From Octopus bimaculoides (taxonomy: Eukaryota), in NCBI RefSeq assembly GCF_001194135.2, contig NC_068985.1, forward strand, positions 12,429,026 to 12,475,447: 46,422 bases of DNA. Direction: 5' to 3'. The notes under the pieces were generated by a model. That model was not told the DNA's origin. It saw only the letters and a program-made list of their open reading frames with translations, and searched no databases. The position numbers and the translations under genes are program-made. Below, piece after piece: positions 1 through 11,250 of this stretch; the first letter of the stretch is position 1, and each line of letters opens with the position of its first letter.

Positions 1-33
<33 letters not shown>

Positions 34-740
34 GTAGAGATTTTTACGCTGCAGGAGTTTTGCATTTGTGAAAATCTAGATGTAAAGATTAAACTGGCGT
101 AATGGTAAATATATTTCCCCCTATATGCATGTTGTTTGTATTCTTTCTTAAATAGTCTTCGCGTTACGATACGGCAATTATTGGCATTCCACAATGAGAA
201 CGACATGGCTTCTATAATACACGCTCGTATGTATAAATGCATCATGTGTGCGTGTGTGTCTGTGTATCTGTGTGGGTGTGTGTATCCATATACAGGCACA
301 GAGAGATGGGGAGAAATAGAGGGATATACATACTTTAATCTTCTACGAAAATCTAATCGTGATATCCTCCTATCATTACACCTAAGGCAAATTTCTTTAC
401 ATTTCTCTACTGAGATATCTCTATGTGTGAGAGGAAAACTCAGTAATATTCCCCTATTTTCCTGTGGCCTACGTAAAGCTCTACGCTATAAATATTTATA
501 ATGCCGAACGGAGCTAAATTTAATATTCAATCAGGAAATTATATTCTGAAATATTTGTGGAAATTGCCTACATTCAAATATTAAAATTTAAAATACGTTC
601 CTGGAAAAACTGTTCTTCAATCTCAAAATCGTTCTATCTCGCCTATTTCACTAAACAACTTGCTAGATATTGATATTGATAGAAATATATCATATAATTT
701 ATCATTCAGCAACAGTAAAACATTATAAGAATATTACACC

Positions 741-887
741 AGGTGAGCTGGAACAGAGGGCAAGCATGCCGAGGAACTTGTTTAGTGGCATTTCCTCTGT
801 ATTTAGATTCTGAGTTGAGATTGTGCCGAGGTTGACTTTGCCCTGCGGAGTCAATAAAATAAATGCTAGTTGAGGTCTGAGGTCGAT
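741..887 (+). mobile_element. Degenerate copy of the main tRNA-derived SINE family
   Basis: Aligns by eye with the 46153-46310 copy: ggtgagctgg...gcatgccg...ttctgagtt...gccgaggttgactttgcc...caataaaataa...gaggtcgat. Confidence 0.7.
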
Positions 888-976
888 GGAAGGTAGATTG
901 CATCGACACCACTGTTCGACTACTACTGAGGAATTTCAACCATATTTCGTTGTCTGCTACCACAGCAGCTCCTTTA

Positions 977-1319
977 TAGGATCCAGTTAGCTCAAGACAT
1001 CATCAGGAGGAACCATGTCCGGTTTCGGCCCCTACTCCTCTACCGTTTTGACGTGGCGGGGCCCCTCTTTCGGAGGTGTCTTCAGCTCTGGTGTTGGGTG
1101 CATGTCTTCTTTCACTGTTTGTGACTTTTCTAATTCAACTGTGGAATGTCCCTCGCTATGGTTATTTTCCAGGAGGTTCTGGCCACACGTCTTACGGTTC
1201 ATCAACCCCCGTTGTTGAATTACTTTCTTCTGGCATACCTTCCCTTGGTGGATTAGGATCCAGTTAGCTCCAGACATCACCACGTCCGGTTTCGGCCCCT
1301 ACTCCTCTACCGTTTTGAC
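977..1319. repeat. Direct repeat pair (76 and 66 bp) bounding a GC-balanced segment
   Basis: 977-1052 and 1254-1319 share TAGGATCCAGTTAGCTC...GTCCGGTTTCGGCCCCTACTCCTCTACCGTTTTGAC, with 2 substitutions and one 10-nt indel. Confidence 0.85.
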
Positions 1320-1380
1320 CCCGAAAAGGATGAGAAGCAAGTGGCCGTCGGCGGAATTTGAACTGCGAACGTACAGAGAC
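1317..1380 (-). mobile_element. Main SINE family fragment
   Basis: gaccccgaaaaggatgagaagcaag...ggcggaatttgaact is the reverse complement of the SINE body (gagttcaaattccgccg...catcctttcggggtc). Confidence 0.75.
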
Positions 1381-1700
1381 ACAAAATAGTAAACGTACAA
1401 AATAACGTCTGCTATAGTAGGCCCGGAAATAGCCGAATTGTCCAGCAGCTTTATCTGTTGAGGCAAAAGAAATTTCCGAGACTCACGCTTCCATATTAAC
1501 ATTTCTCGATCGGCAATTTGCAGATGATTATGATACCTGTTAGCGTATGTATTTTCATTCATGTGCGTAAAGCACAACATTAGAGTGGTTTGAATCTTAT
1601 TTCTAGCAATGTAGGTGTTTCCTAACACGCTAGTCACATGTAGTGACATTTGTTATTCGTCTTTTTGGAGAAAAATTGCAAACTGCTGTTTATTTTAATA

Positions 1701-2171
1701 NNNNNNNNNNNNNNNNNNNNNNNNNNNNNNNNNNNNNNNNNNNNNNNNNNNNNNNNNNNNNNNNNNNNNNNNNNNNNNNNNNNNNNNNNNNNNNNNNNNN
1801 NNNNNNNNNNNNNNNNNNNNNNNNNNNNNNNNNNNNNNNNNNNNNNNNNNNNNNNNNNNNNNNNNNNNNNNNNNNNNNNNNNNNNNNNNNNNNNNNNNNN
1901 NNNNNNNNNNNNNNNNNNNNNNNNNNNNNNNNNNNNNNNNNNNNNNNNNNNNNNNNNNNNNNNNNNNNNNNNNNNNNNNNNNNNNNNNNNNNNNNNNNNN
2001 NNNNNNNNNNNNNNNNNNNNNNNNNNNNNNNNNNNNNNNNNNNNNNNNNNNNNNNNNNNNNNNNNNNNNNNNNNNNNNNNNNNNNNNNNNNNNNNNNNNN
2101 NNNNNNNNNNNNNNNNNNNNNNNNNNNNNNNNNNNNNNNNNNNNNNNNNNNNNNNNNNNNNNNNNNNNNNN
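1701..2171. other. Assembly gap (first of ten: 1701-2171, 4320-4858, 5471-6303, 7927-8342, 21575-22164, 22869-23024, 24214-24253, 28545-29108, 31106-31434, 44798-45043)
   Basis: N runs, nearly all flanked by (TA)n or other microsatellites. Confidence 1.
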
Positions 2172-3827
2172 ATATATATATATATATATATATAAATTCA
2201 TGTATGGTCATGTGTGTGTGTATACGTCTGTATGTATGTATTAGATAGATAAACAGAAATACTAAACATTTACAACCTCACCCTTCTATAATAAAAAAGA
2301 AAAATAAGGCTAAAACATGGAGGATATTGTCAACTTCTATGTCGCACTGCTCAATATCTTCAGTATAGGTGGAGAAATTGTAAATAGTCTTCGTACATGT
2401 GTATATGTGTATTGATAAATGTGGTCATATGCACGTGTTGTTATTTATGTTGACATGTGCATCTTTATATCTACAGATATTTTGCCCTCTTTTATAATAC
2501 TGATTACCAGTTTTATATATTCTTCATATAACTGTCACCCGCCTCAGTCTACTTTAATGATGCAATTTTCCTCATGTATATTTTCTCTCGTTTTTTGGGT
2601 AATATCTTCCGCATTAAGATTTGCTATATCTTTCCATTGTATTTTCTTACTTAAACGTAATTTACCTAGATTTCTGTAACTATCTCAACGCCCTCACATT
2701 CTCTTATCGTTTTCTGTACTACTCTGTGTTCATATAACATTATCTCTCTCTTTAACCACTGTTTCTTCCTGCTACCGATTATGTGCTGAATGGCTTCCAT
2801 ATTTATATACAATGACATTTACTCTACTTTCCAAATCTCTCTACTCTCACGTAATTTTCCGTCTTATTGTCTTCTTTTCCCTTCTACATACATCAAGCAA
2901 GACGGTGATTTGCTGTTCCTGCATTTATACATATCGCATGCAGCTCGTTTCAATTGATATCCATTTTCAAACGGATGCACGTACCATTTTTAGTACGAAT
3001 TGTTACGTGCAATATTTATACAAGCATGACCTAGTTTGTATGAGAAGAAATAAAATAAATTGCGGTAAATTAAGAGGAGAATCTACACAATTTTCATGTA
3101 TGATTTTGATCTGCGGAATGAACGAGATGGCCTGGCCTTTCTTCACGGACTGTTTTACGTTGAGTTGGTATCTTCACAAAGAAAACGTAGCCGGCTGAGT
3201 TTCTTATTGAATGACTAAGAGCCTTATGCAGCAGGATGTTTCATTAATACATGTGCCTAGCAATTTAGTGGATAGACGTGTTCACAAATTTACATTATTG
3301 TGCCTACCACAATAATCTATTAATTTAAAGAATCAATATTTCACATGTAAATGTTACCACGTCTGTTCTGTGTGTGTGTGGTAAGATCAATGTGTGCGAT
3401 TTCCCTCCAAGCGTTTCTCAAGAATGATCAAGAGAATCAATTCAGCTGAAGGAACAATTGTTGAGCAACTCCAAAGAAAATGTCCACGTCCCCCACACTG
3501 ATTAAAGTATAGAATGACCAGCTACTGTATTTAGCAACCATGAATAAAGAAAGACCAAATTGCAAAGGTGCGTATTTGGTGGCTCACCAAACAAGACGCA
3601 TTTTTTAAAAACACCTGTTAAGAGGAAGAAGTGATATCTTCAATTTGCTTTTCTCATATAATTTTAAAATACAAAAAATAAGGAGAGAAGAATATTAGTT
3701 GAGACAATAGTGGAAAATCAAATAAATCATTTATCTTATAGAAACATACAGCTGAAACCTGGAAATTTGTCACACACGTTAGAATCTAATATTGTCATTA
3801 TTCAGTTGAAGAGTGAGTCTTTTGTGA

Positions 3828-3908
3828 AATATTATTTTCTACTCTAGACAAAAGGTCCGAAATTTTGGTGGAGGAGTCAGTCGATTGGATCGACCCCAGT
3901 ACGCAACT
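3828..3908 (-). mobile_element. Main SINE family 3' fragment (tail type A)
   Basis: ttttctactctag...gaaattttgg...gtcgattggatcgaccccagtacgcaact closely matches 46052-46132. Confidence 0.8.
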
Positions 3909-3973
3909 GTTACCTAATATCTGAGAAAGCCACCATAAACAGTATGAAGTACTAGTTGCGTACTGGGGTCGAT
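3889..3973. repeat. Perfect 20-bp inverted repeat with 45-bp spacer
   Basis: ATCGACCCCAGTACGCAACT (3889-3908) is the exact reverse complement of AGTTGCGTACTGGGGTCGAT (3954-3973). Both arms are SINE body sequence. Confidence 0.9.
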
Positions 3974-4052
3974 GTAATGAGGTGTAAAGTAAATTTAAGT
4001 CATCCATGCCTTAAAATAAAATAAAATAAAATTACACTAAGTTAACGTTTAT

Positions 4053-4273
4053 TCAAAACTCATTCTCACGGCATTGTGCGAATGTACATTTATATGCGTG
4101 TAGGCATCTCGATATTCTTTCAGAAATTCTATTAAGTATCTTTTCGTTAGTCCACAGAATATATAGGGATTCTTCGGAACAGAGACGGCATCTCCTGGAT
4201 ATTGCACTGTATGGTTTTTCATGTCTAACTATGGACCAAGTAATGTAGTATTTCATATTAGCCCTCATCAGTC

Positions 4274-4277
<4 letters not shown>
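4053..4277 (-). mobile_element. Penelope-like element, C-terminal coding fragment (end of the GIY-YIG endonuclease region)
   Basis: Minus frame WRLMRANMKYYITWSIVRHEKPYSAISRRCRLCSEESLYILWTNEKILNRISERISRCLHAYK* fits the PLE C-terminal pattern Y-x-I-x-WSI...PY...C-x-LC-x-x-E...LN-x-x-SE...C-x-H. Truncated by (TA)n and a gap. Confidence 0.75.
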
Positions 4278-4319
<42 letters not shown>

Positions 4320-4874
4320 NNNNNNNNNNNNNNNNNNNNNNNNNNNNNNNNNNNNNNNNNNNNNNNNNNNNNNNNNNNNNNNNNNNNNNNNNNNNNNNNN
4401 NNNNNNNNNNNNNNNNNNNNNNNNNNNNNNNNNNNNNNNNNNNNNNNNNNNNNNNNNNNNNNNNNNNNNNNNNNNNNNNNNNNNNNNNNNNNNNNNNNNN
4501 NNNNNNNNNNNNNNNNNNNNNNNNNNNNNNNNNNNNNNNNNNNNNNNNNNNNNNNNNNNNNNNNNNNNNNNNNNNNNNNNNNNNNNNNNNNNNNNNNNNN
4601 NNNNNNNNNNNNNNNNNNNNNNNNNNNNNNNNNNNNNNNNNNNNNNNNNNNNNNNNNNNNNNNNNNNNNNNNNNNNNNNNNNNNNNNNNNNNNNNNNNNN
4701 NNNNNNNNNNNNNNNNNNNNNNNNNNNNNNNNNNNNNNNNNNNNNNNNNNNNNNNNNNNNNNNNNNNNNNNNNNNNNNNNNNNNNNNNNNNNNNNNNNNN
4801 NNNNNNNNNNNNNNNNNNNNNNNNNNNNNNNNNNNNNNNNNNNNNNNNNNNNNNNNNNATATATATATATATAT

Positions 4875-5045
4875 ACGAAAAAATGTACGAAAAAATACAA
4901 CAACGGACAAGAGCAGGTGGTGTAAACAACAAAAGGATGTATTAGTTTGACGCTCGGGAATACTGAAGGTCTTTAACGTTTCGAGCTACGCTCTTCAACA
5001 GAAAGAATACGGAGAAAACAGGGAGAAAAACACGGAGAAAAAAAA
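4875..5045 (-). mobile_element. Penelope pseudo-LTR-like fragment carrying a hammerhead motif
   Basis: Contains the minimal hammerhead at 4970-5006 and a T-rich minus-strand tail. Same strand as the PLE coding fragment on the other side of the gap. Confidence 0.6.
4970..5006 (-). ncRNA. Minimal type I hammerhead ribozyme motif, variant core (CUGUUGA)
   Basis: 5'-UCUUU CUGUUGA A GAGC GUA GCUC GAAA CG UU AAAGA-3'. Stem I 5 bp, stem II 4 bp, palindromic AACGUU stem III. U replaces the conserved A6. Confidence 0.65.
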
Positions 5046-5276
5046 ATCAATAGTCCCTTGTCAACGATCTATCATGGCTTCTGTCATGGCTTCTGCGGAC
5101 AGGAAGTTTAGAAAGTTCACACAGGAGAAATAAGAAAAGGGGGAGTTGCGTTTGATGAGTAGAGACAGGATTAGCTGGTGTGTATGTACGTATGTATATA
5201 TGCACGTATGTGTATATATGCATATATATGCGCAAGGATAACACCCACATTCGTGAAGCGCTCCATATTCTTCTAG

Positions 5277-5440
5277 TCGCAAGGAGTGGCTGTGTCGTAA
5301 GTATCTTGCTTACCAACCACATGGTTCCGGGTTCAGTCCCACTGCATGACACCTTGGGCAAGTGACTTCTACTATAGCCTCGGGCTGACCAAATCAATGT
5401 GAGTAGATTTGGTAAACGGAAACTGAAAAAAGTCCGTCGT
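5277..5440 (+). mobile_element. tRNA-derived SINE (second family)
   Basis: A-box-like tggctgtgtcgt (5287), B-box-like ggttcagtccc (5330), conserved-looking ccttgggcaagtg core, and an (ATCT)n tail running into the gap. Confidence 0.8.
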
Positions 5441-7825
5441 ATATCTATCTATCTATCTATCTATCTATCTNNNNNNNNNNNNNNNNNNNNNNNNNNNNNN
5501 NNNNNNNNNNNNNNNNNNNNNNNNNNNNNNNNNNNNNNNNNNNNNNNNNNNNNNNNNNNNNNNNNNNNNNNNNNNNNNNNNNNNNNNNNNNNNNNNNNNN
5601 NNNNNNNNNNNNNNNNNNNNNNNNNNNNNNNNNNNNNNNNNNNNNNNNNNNNNNNNNNNNNNNNNNNNNNNNNNNNNNNNNNNNNNNNNNNNNNNNNNNN
5701 NNNNNNNNNNNNNNNNNNNNNNNNNNNNNNNNNNNNNNNNNNNNNNNNNNNNNNNNNNNNNNNNNNNNNNNNNNNNNNNNNNNNNNNNNNNNNNNNNNNN
5801 NNNNNNNNNNNNNNNNNNNNNNNNNNNNNNNNNNNNNNNNNNNNNNNNNNNNNNNNNNNNNNNNNNNNNNNNNNNNNNNNNNNNNNNNNNNNNNNNNNNN
5901 NNNNNNNNNNNNNNNNNNNNNNNNNNNNNNNNNNNNNNNNNNNNNNNNNNNNNNNNNNNNNNNNNNNNNNNNNNNNNNNNNNNNNNNNNNNNNNNNNNNN
6001 NNNNNNNNNNNNNNNNNNNNNNNNNNNNNNNNNNNNNNNNNNNNNNNNNNNNNNNNNNNNNNNNNNNNNNNNNNNNNNNNNNNNNNNNNNNNNNNNNNNN
6101 NNNNNNNNNNNNNNNNNNNNNNNNNNNNNNNNNNNNNNNNNNNNNNNNNNNNNNNNNNNNNNNNNNNNNNNNNNNNNNNNNNNNNNNNNNNNNNNNNNNN
6201 NNNNNNNNNNNNNNNNNNNNNNNNNNNNNNNNNNNNNNNNNNNNNNNNNNNNNNNNNNNNNNNNNNNNNNNNNNNNNNNNNNNNNNNNNNNNNNNNNNNN
6301 NNNATATATATATATATATATACATGTGTGTGTGGGTGTATAAATTTAATATAAACAAAATTTGCAATGTTTCACTTTAAAAGAGAGTTATGATTGTCAC
6401 TAAATATGACTGGCGGGTTAAAAACACCCATATTAGTGAAAATGCGAGGTAAAATGCTTCAATGCTGTAGTAAACGCACATAAATGTAACAGAGATGTTA
6501 ATCATCCGATAAATGCCGATCGAGAATTTTTAATACTGACGTCAGTTACGGCAATTTCTGTCGCCTCATCAGTTTCGGCTGGCTTAAACATCCGCGTTTT
6601 CCAGACTAGACTCCCTATTAGCAAATATATTTTCATCATATAATTCAATGGGTGATATAGTAACTCGATAATGTGTATACATAAAATTAATATAAACAGG
6701 ACTTTAGGAAATTTTTCACCAAAGAGGAGTATTATAATAGTCACTAAATATAACTAGGGTGGTAGAAATAGATGCATTCCTAGACATAAGAGCTAAAATG
6801 CTCTAATGATGTTGTCAACGCACATGAATATAAACAAAAACCCTATAAACACACGCACACACACACATACACACACACACGCACACACACACTCACACAT
6901 ACACACACACACACTTACATACTGTGACGGAAGGTTACCGAACTTCAAAGATTTAAATGCGGATACAATTTGCTTCTGAAAGTTATTAGTTGTTTCCTTG
7001 CAATGTGCTACAAAAATGTAAAATGTTTGCTAATAAATATCAAAATATATGTTGCATACACACAACTTACATATGCATGTGTGTATGTATATATATACAT
7101 GAGTACATACAATTTTTTGTAATGGTGGTGAATCTCTTTCATGTGTGCTCATGTGAGTAGGTAGTTTCAAATGTAAAGATATCAAATACGTAACATATTC
7201 ATGTAAAACGAGACTGCTATATTATTTTCCATATTCTGCGTAACTTTGGCATATGGAGATATAAGAGAGAAAGTAATAACGAGACGTAGTACGAAACAAA
7301 GATGAAAAGTGAAAAAACGAAATGAGACACAATGTTTGATAAGGAATACTTTTTCACTTCTATTTGTGAAACTGAACTTTTCCCATGTTTTTTTCTTCTT
7401 TTATGGGAACGCTCTAAATTCTAGGTCTCTTTAATTTTTTTCTCTTTAGAACATTTAGCTTTGTCTCACATAAGAATGGTTGATTTTTAAAACTGGTGGT
7501 ATGTATATATAAACATCTATGTTATTACTACCTTGTGTTTCTCTTTATATAAGTGGACCTATACATCTGTATGTACATAGGAAACGTTAGTGTGTATATA
7601 CGTCGCCTGTTTTCTATTTATCTTGAACATACGATGACATAAAACTTATGTTCAGGAAGTTTATCACAAGACAAAAATTCTTGGCTAAAATAGCACCTGC
7701 TCTATTATATATTATCGGATGAATTGGCATGTCTCTCTCGCTTTATCTATAAGCAGATTTGTACGAATGTATGTATGTTTGTAAGCATTTATGTACGTGT
7801 CTCACTAGTCTTTTGCAAATAGGCA

Positions 7826-7873
<48 letters not shown>

Positions 7874-8342
7874 TTATATATATGTATTTTTATATGTGTA
7901 TATATGTATATATATATATATATATANNNNNNNNNNNNNNNNNNNNNNNNNNNNNNNNNNNNNNNNNNNNNNNNNNNNNNNNNNNNNNNNNNNNNNNNNN
8001 NNNNNNNNNNNNNNNNNNNNNNNNNNNNNNNNNNNNNNNNNNNNNNNNNNNNNNNNNNNNNNNNNNNNNNNNNNNNNNNNNNNNNNNNNNNNNNNNNNNN
8101 NNNNNNNNNNNNNNNNNNNNNNNNNNNNNNNNNNNNNNNNNNNNNNNNNNNNNNNNNNNNNNNNNNNNNNNNNNNNNNNNNNNNNNNNNNNNNNNNNNNN
8201 NNNNNNNNNNNNNNNNNNNNNNNNNNNNNNNNNNNNNNNNNNNNNNNNNNNNNNNNNNNNNNNNNNNNNNNNNNNNNNNNNNNNNNNNNNNNNNNNNNNN
8301 NNNNNNNNNNNNNNNNNNNNNNNNNNNNNNNNNNNNNNNNNN

Positions 8343-8383
<41 letters not shown>

Positions 8384-9759
8384 CTGTACATATATATATA
8401 TATATATATATATCCTGAACTAAATATATGCCCATATAACACGTTTATATACTTTTAATATTTTAATATGATCATGTATGCACAAACATGCACACAATCA
8501 CATATATTACATGTGTGCGTGTATATTATATCTGTCTATCTATCTATATATATAAACATATATGTGTGTGTGTATGCCTGTTGCGCGCGCGCGCGTGTGT
8601 ACGTATTTATGTATACAGACATAGATAAATGGATGGATGGAAGAATGGATTGATAGATAGATAGATAAAAATATAAATACACTTATAAATACATACATAC
8701 ATACATACATACATACATACATACATGCATATATGCACTCGTATCCCCATATGCACGCATATACACATACGCACAGTTCATACTTTGTTTTTTGGGAGCG
8801 GGTCTTTGCATGTGTTTTACGTTCGCCCAGCCGTATTGTTTTTGTGTGAGTATTTGTAGATCTTCCGTCTTCACAAACGATAAACATCCGGTGTGAACAT
8901 GTTACAATATCCGTGTCAAAATGCGAAGTGGAATAGAGGAATCTTGCAAAAAAGCGAGAATGTTCTACTCAAAATTCTGTTTCTTATGAAACGGCCGCTG
9001 CAACACCATCCCACTTAGAGCCCTATCGTCTCCAATACATTCAAGTATACATATTATTACGCTCAAAATCTTCCAGTCTTGAAGGACGTAAGTTCCGATG
9101 TTTTGGAGAAATTGAAATATACCAGACCACTACCATGAAAATATACATTTCTATCTCATTTTTAAAGAGCTTAAAATATATATTTAAGTGAAAGGATTAC
9201 ACACGCTCGCGCGCGCACATGTAGTTATATACATACACACAAGGACATACACACAAGCGCATACATACACATACATACATACACACAAGCGCACACACAA
9301 TCGCACACTCACGCATGCACATACACACAAGCACACAAATACACACACACACGCACATGCACACACACATTCACACACAAGCACACACATATACATACAT
9401 ACACACAAGCACACACAGGCACACACACGCACACTCACACAAGCACATATATATATATATATATATATATAAAGTGTATATTGTGCGTATAGAACGTTGT
9501 TCTATTGCTAGTGTTACTTTTAGAGATCCATGTAGATTACCATTATCCGTTCTGCTTCCGGTATGGCGGTTAAGCTACTATTACTACTTCTATGATAATA
9601 GTATTAGCTCTCTAACATAATGCAGTAAAGCGTTCCTCGCTTTTCCGTTAGAATTAAACTTCCAAGTGCACTTGAAAAAATAACAACAATGGCGGCAAGA
9701 GAGCAATATGTGTAGGAACGAATTATATAAGTTTGTTTTTATGGTAATGTTTACCATGT

Positions 9760-10725
9760 GGGCTTTGTCATTACACGGTGATCGATTATAAGCTTTAACG
9801 CTATCAGTGGTATCCGTCAGGTGGGCAATGCGGTCGCTGATAGTTCCACTCTAGCATTCTATAAAGGGCTAGTGGAGGGAAAGTGCGACGATGTTCTCAG
9901 GGAAACTCTGGGCGTCGATGAAGATCAACTAATTGGTCTATTTCGGAGAACTTTAGGGTCTTAGGTTATGGATAACTTCCAGAAATCCCCTGCCTGGCAG
10001 TGCTACCGAGGGGGCGCTGCCTGTTGAGATAAACCTTACAGGCACGAAAGTGCCGCTAGCTGGGCCTGCCCTAGGTGCGCCCAGAACGATGAAATCTTTC
10101 TGCACGCCCTAGTGCAGTGGCCGACTATTGCTGACCTGTAGGTCTATGTGGGACACCTGTTGTCGCGTGTATGATGGATCAGGCTATCAGCTGAATCCAT
10201 TGTGAAGATTGTCCTTCCGCCTTTTTTGGCCGGGAGGGGCAGGCAATTTTTATTTGTCTAGTGGCTGTAGCGAAAGAGGTAGTGTGGTGGAACCGTTTGA
10301 AAGTGTTAAAGACAAACACTTTCCTCTTTGGTCAAGCCCTCATGAACTATTTCAAGATTCATTTTAAAAGAAAGTTAAGGGTAGAGAGGGAAGTGTTGCC
10401 TTGAAGCAATTTTGTTGAAAGGTGGGTGAATGTTGGAAGAATGGTCAGTGTGAAAGGACCAATTCTGAACGAGCATCTGTAAAGAAAGGTAATTAAAAGA
10501 GAAGGGCTCTTGCGCTGTTGATCAGGCACCCGTGGATTTTCTAGGTTTTTCCACGAGGACCTTAAAGCGCCTCCCCTACTGGGAGTATTAATTTGTTCAA
10601 TTTTAATTGTTATTTATATTATTTACACGAGGAAACCCCATTGTATCGTCCCATTTTTGTCTTTTTATGTTGTTGCATGTCCTTTAATGTTATTATATGT
10701 GAGCCCTTGTGGCTAATAAAAGAAT

Positions 10726-10727
<2 letters not shown>
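9760..10727 (+). mobile_element. 5'-truncated L1/Tx1-clade LINE (ORF2 C-terminus with zinc knuckle plus 3' UTR), pseudogenised
   Basis: STLAFYKGLVEG...MDNFQKSPAWQCYRG(fs)ALPV...WACPRCAQNDEIFLHALVQ (CPRC at 10067-10078)...AKEVVWWNRLK, with frameshifts and stops. AATAAA at 10715 followed by an (ATT)n tail. Confidence 0.85.
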
Positions 10728-10780
<53 letters not shown>

Positions 10781-10826
10781 CATTATTGTTATTGTTATTG
10801 TTATTATTTACAGAATATATAGTGTG

Positions 10827-10882
<56 letters not shown>
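10728..10882. repeat. Compound microsatellite (ATT)n-(CA)n-(TA)n
   Basis: Direct reading. Lies between two convergent LINE 3' ends. Confidence 0.95.
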
Positions 10883-10883
<1 letters not shown>

Positions 10884-11250
10884 TTAGGTTCAGCTCAAAG
10901 CTATGACCATGCTGGGTCACCGCCGTTTTGCTACTCTGTTATTATTGAGTGCCTCTTCTGATATGTAAAATTTGGTGAATAAGAGAATTTCATGACGCTA
11001 CCCTCATTTGCAGCTTTTGCCGTGAGGTAATCTCATCTGGGACTCTCGGCAGGAAGAGATCCAGTTTTGATTTGAAAACCCCTATGTCCACTTTGTGTAG
11101 GCCCCTCAGAGAATATTAAAATGTTGTGGGCCCCTGAAACTGAGGCTGGTGCAGTAACTGGTCATGAAGCGCGATGGCATTGCTGGAATCTTTGGTACTC
11201 TGCAGTGGCGACCTGTTCTGGCATTTGCGTAGATTTCAATGGGAGCTGTT
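10883..11250 (-). mobile_element. CR1-like LINE 3' end fragment
   Basis: Minus frame NARTGRHCRVPKIPAMPSRFMTSYCTSLSFRGPQHFNIL...GLHKVDIGVFKSKLDLFLPRVPDE has the GP-x-x-FN-x-L...FK-x-x-LD-x-FL-x-x-x-PD motif typical of the CR1-group ORF2 C-terminus. Confidence 0.8.

Noticed and set aside
995-1050. GAAACCGG and CTGATGA both present on the minus strand of the direct repeat
   Set aside because: Wrong order for type I, and for type II the stem I and II pairings and U16.1 are missing.
4255-4275. CTGATGAG on the minus strand resembling a hammerhead core
   Set aside because: No stem II or stem III partner; it is part of the Penelope coding frame (W-R-L-M-R-A).
6939-7007. 69-nt minus-strand phase 1-1 pseudo-exon
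   Set aside because: Same chance argument; peptide unrecognised.
1643-8458. Long ORFs in the track that span N runs (also at 21462-22288, 28488-29126, 30953-31585, 44670-45213)
   Set aside because: They are open only because N codons are not stops; the flanks are (TA)n/(TG)n giving YIYI or CVCV.
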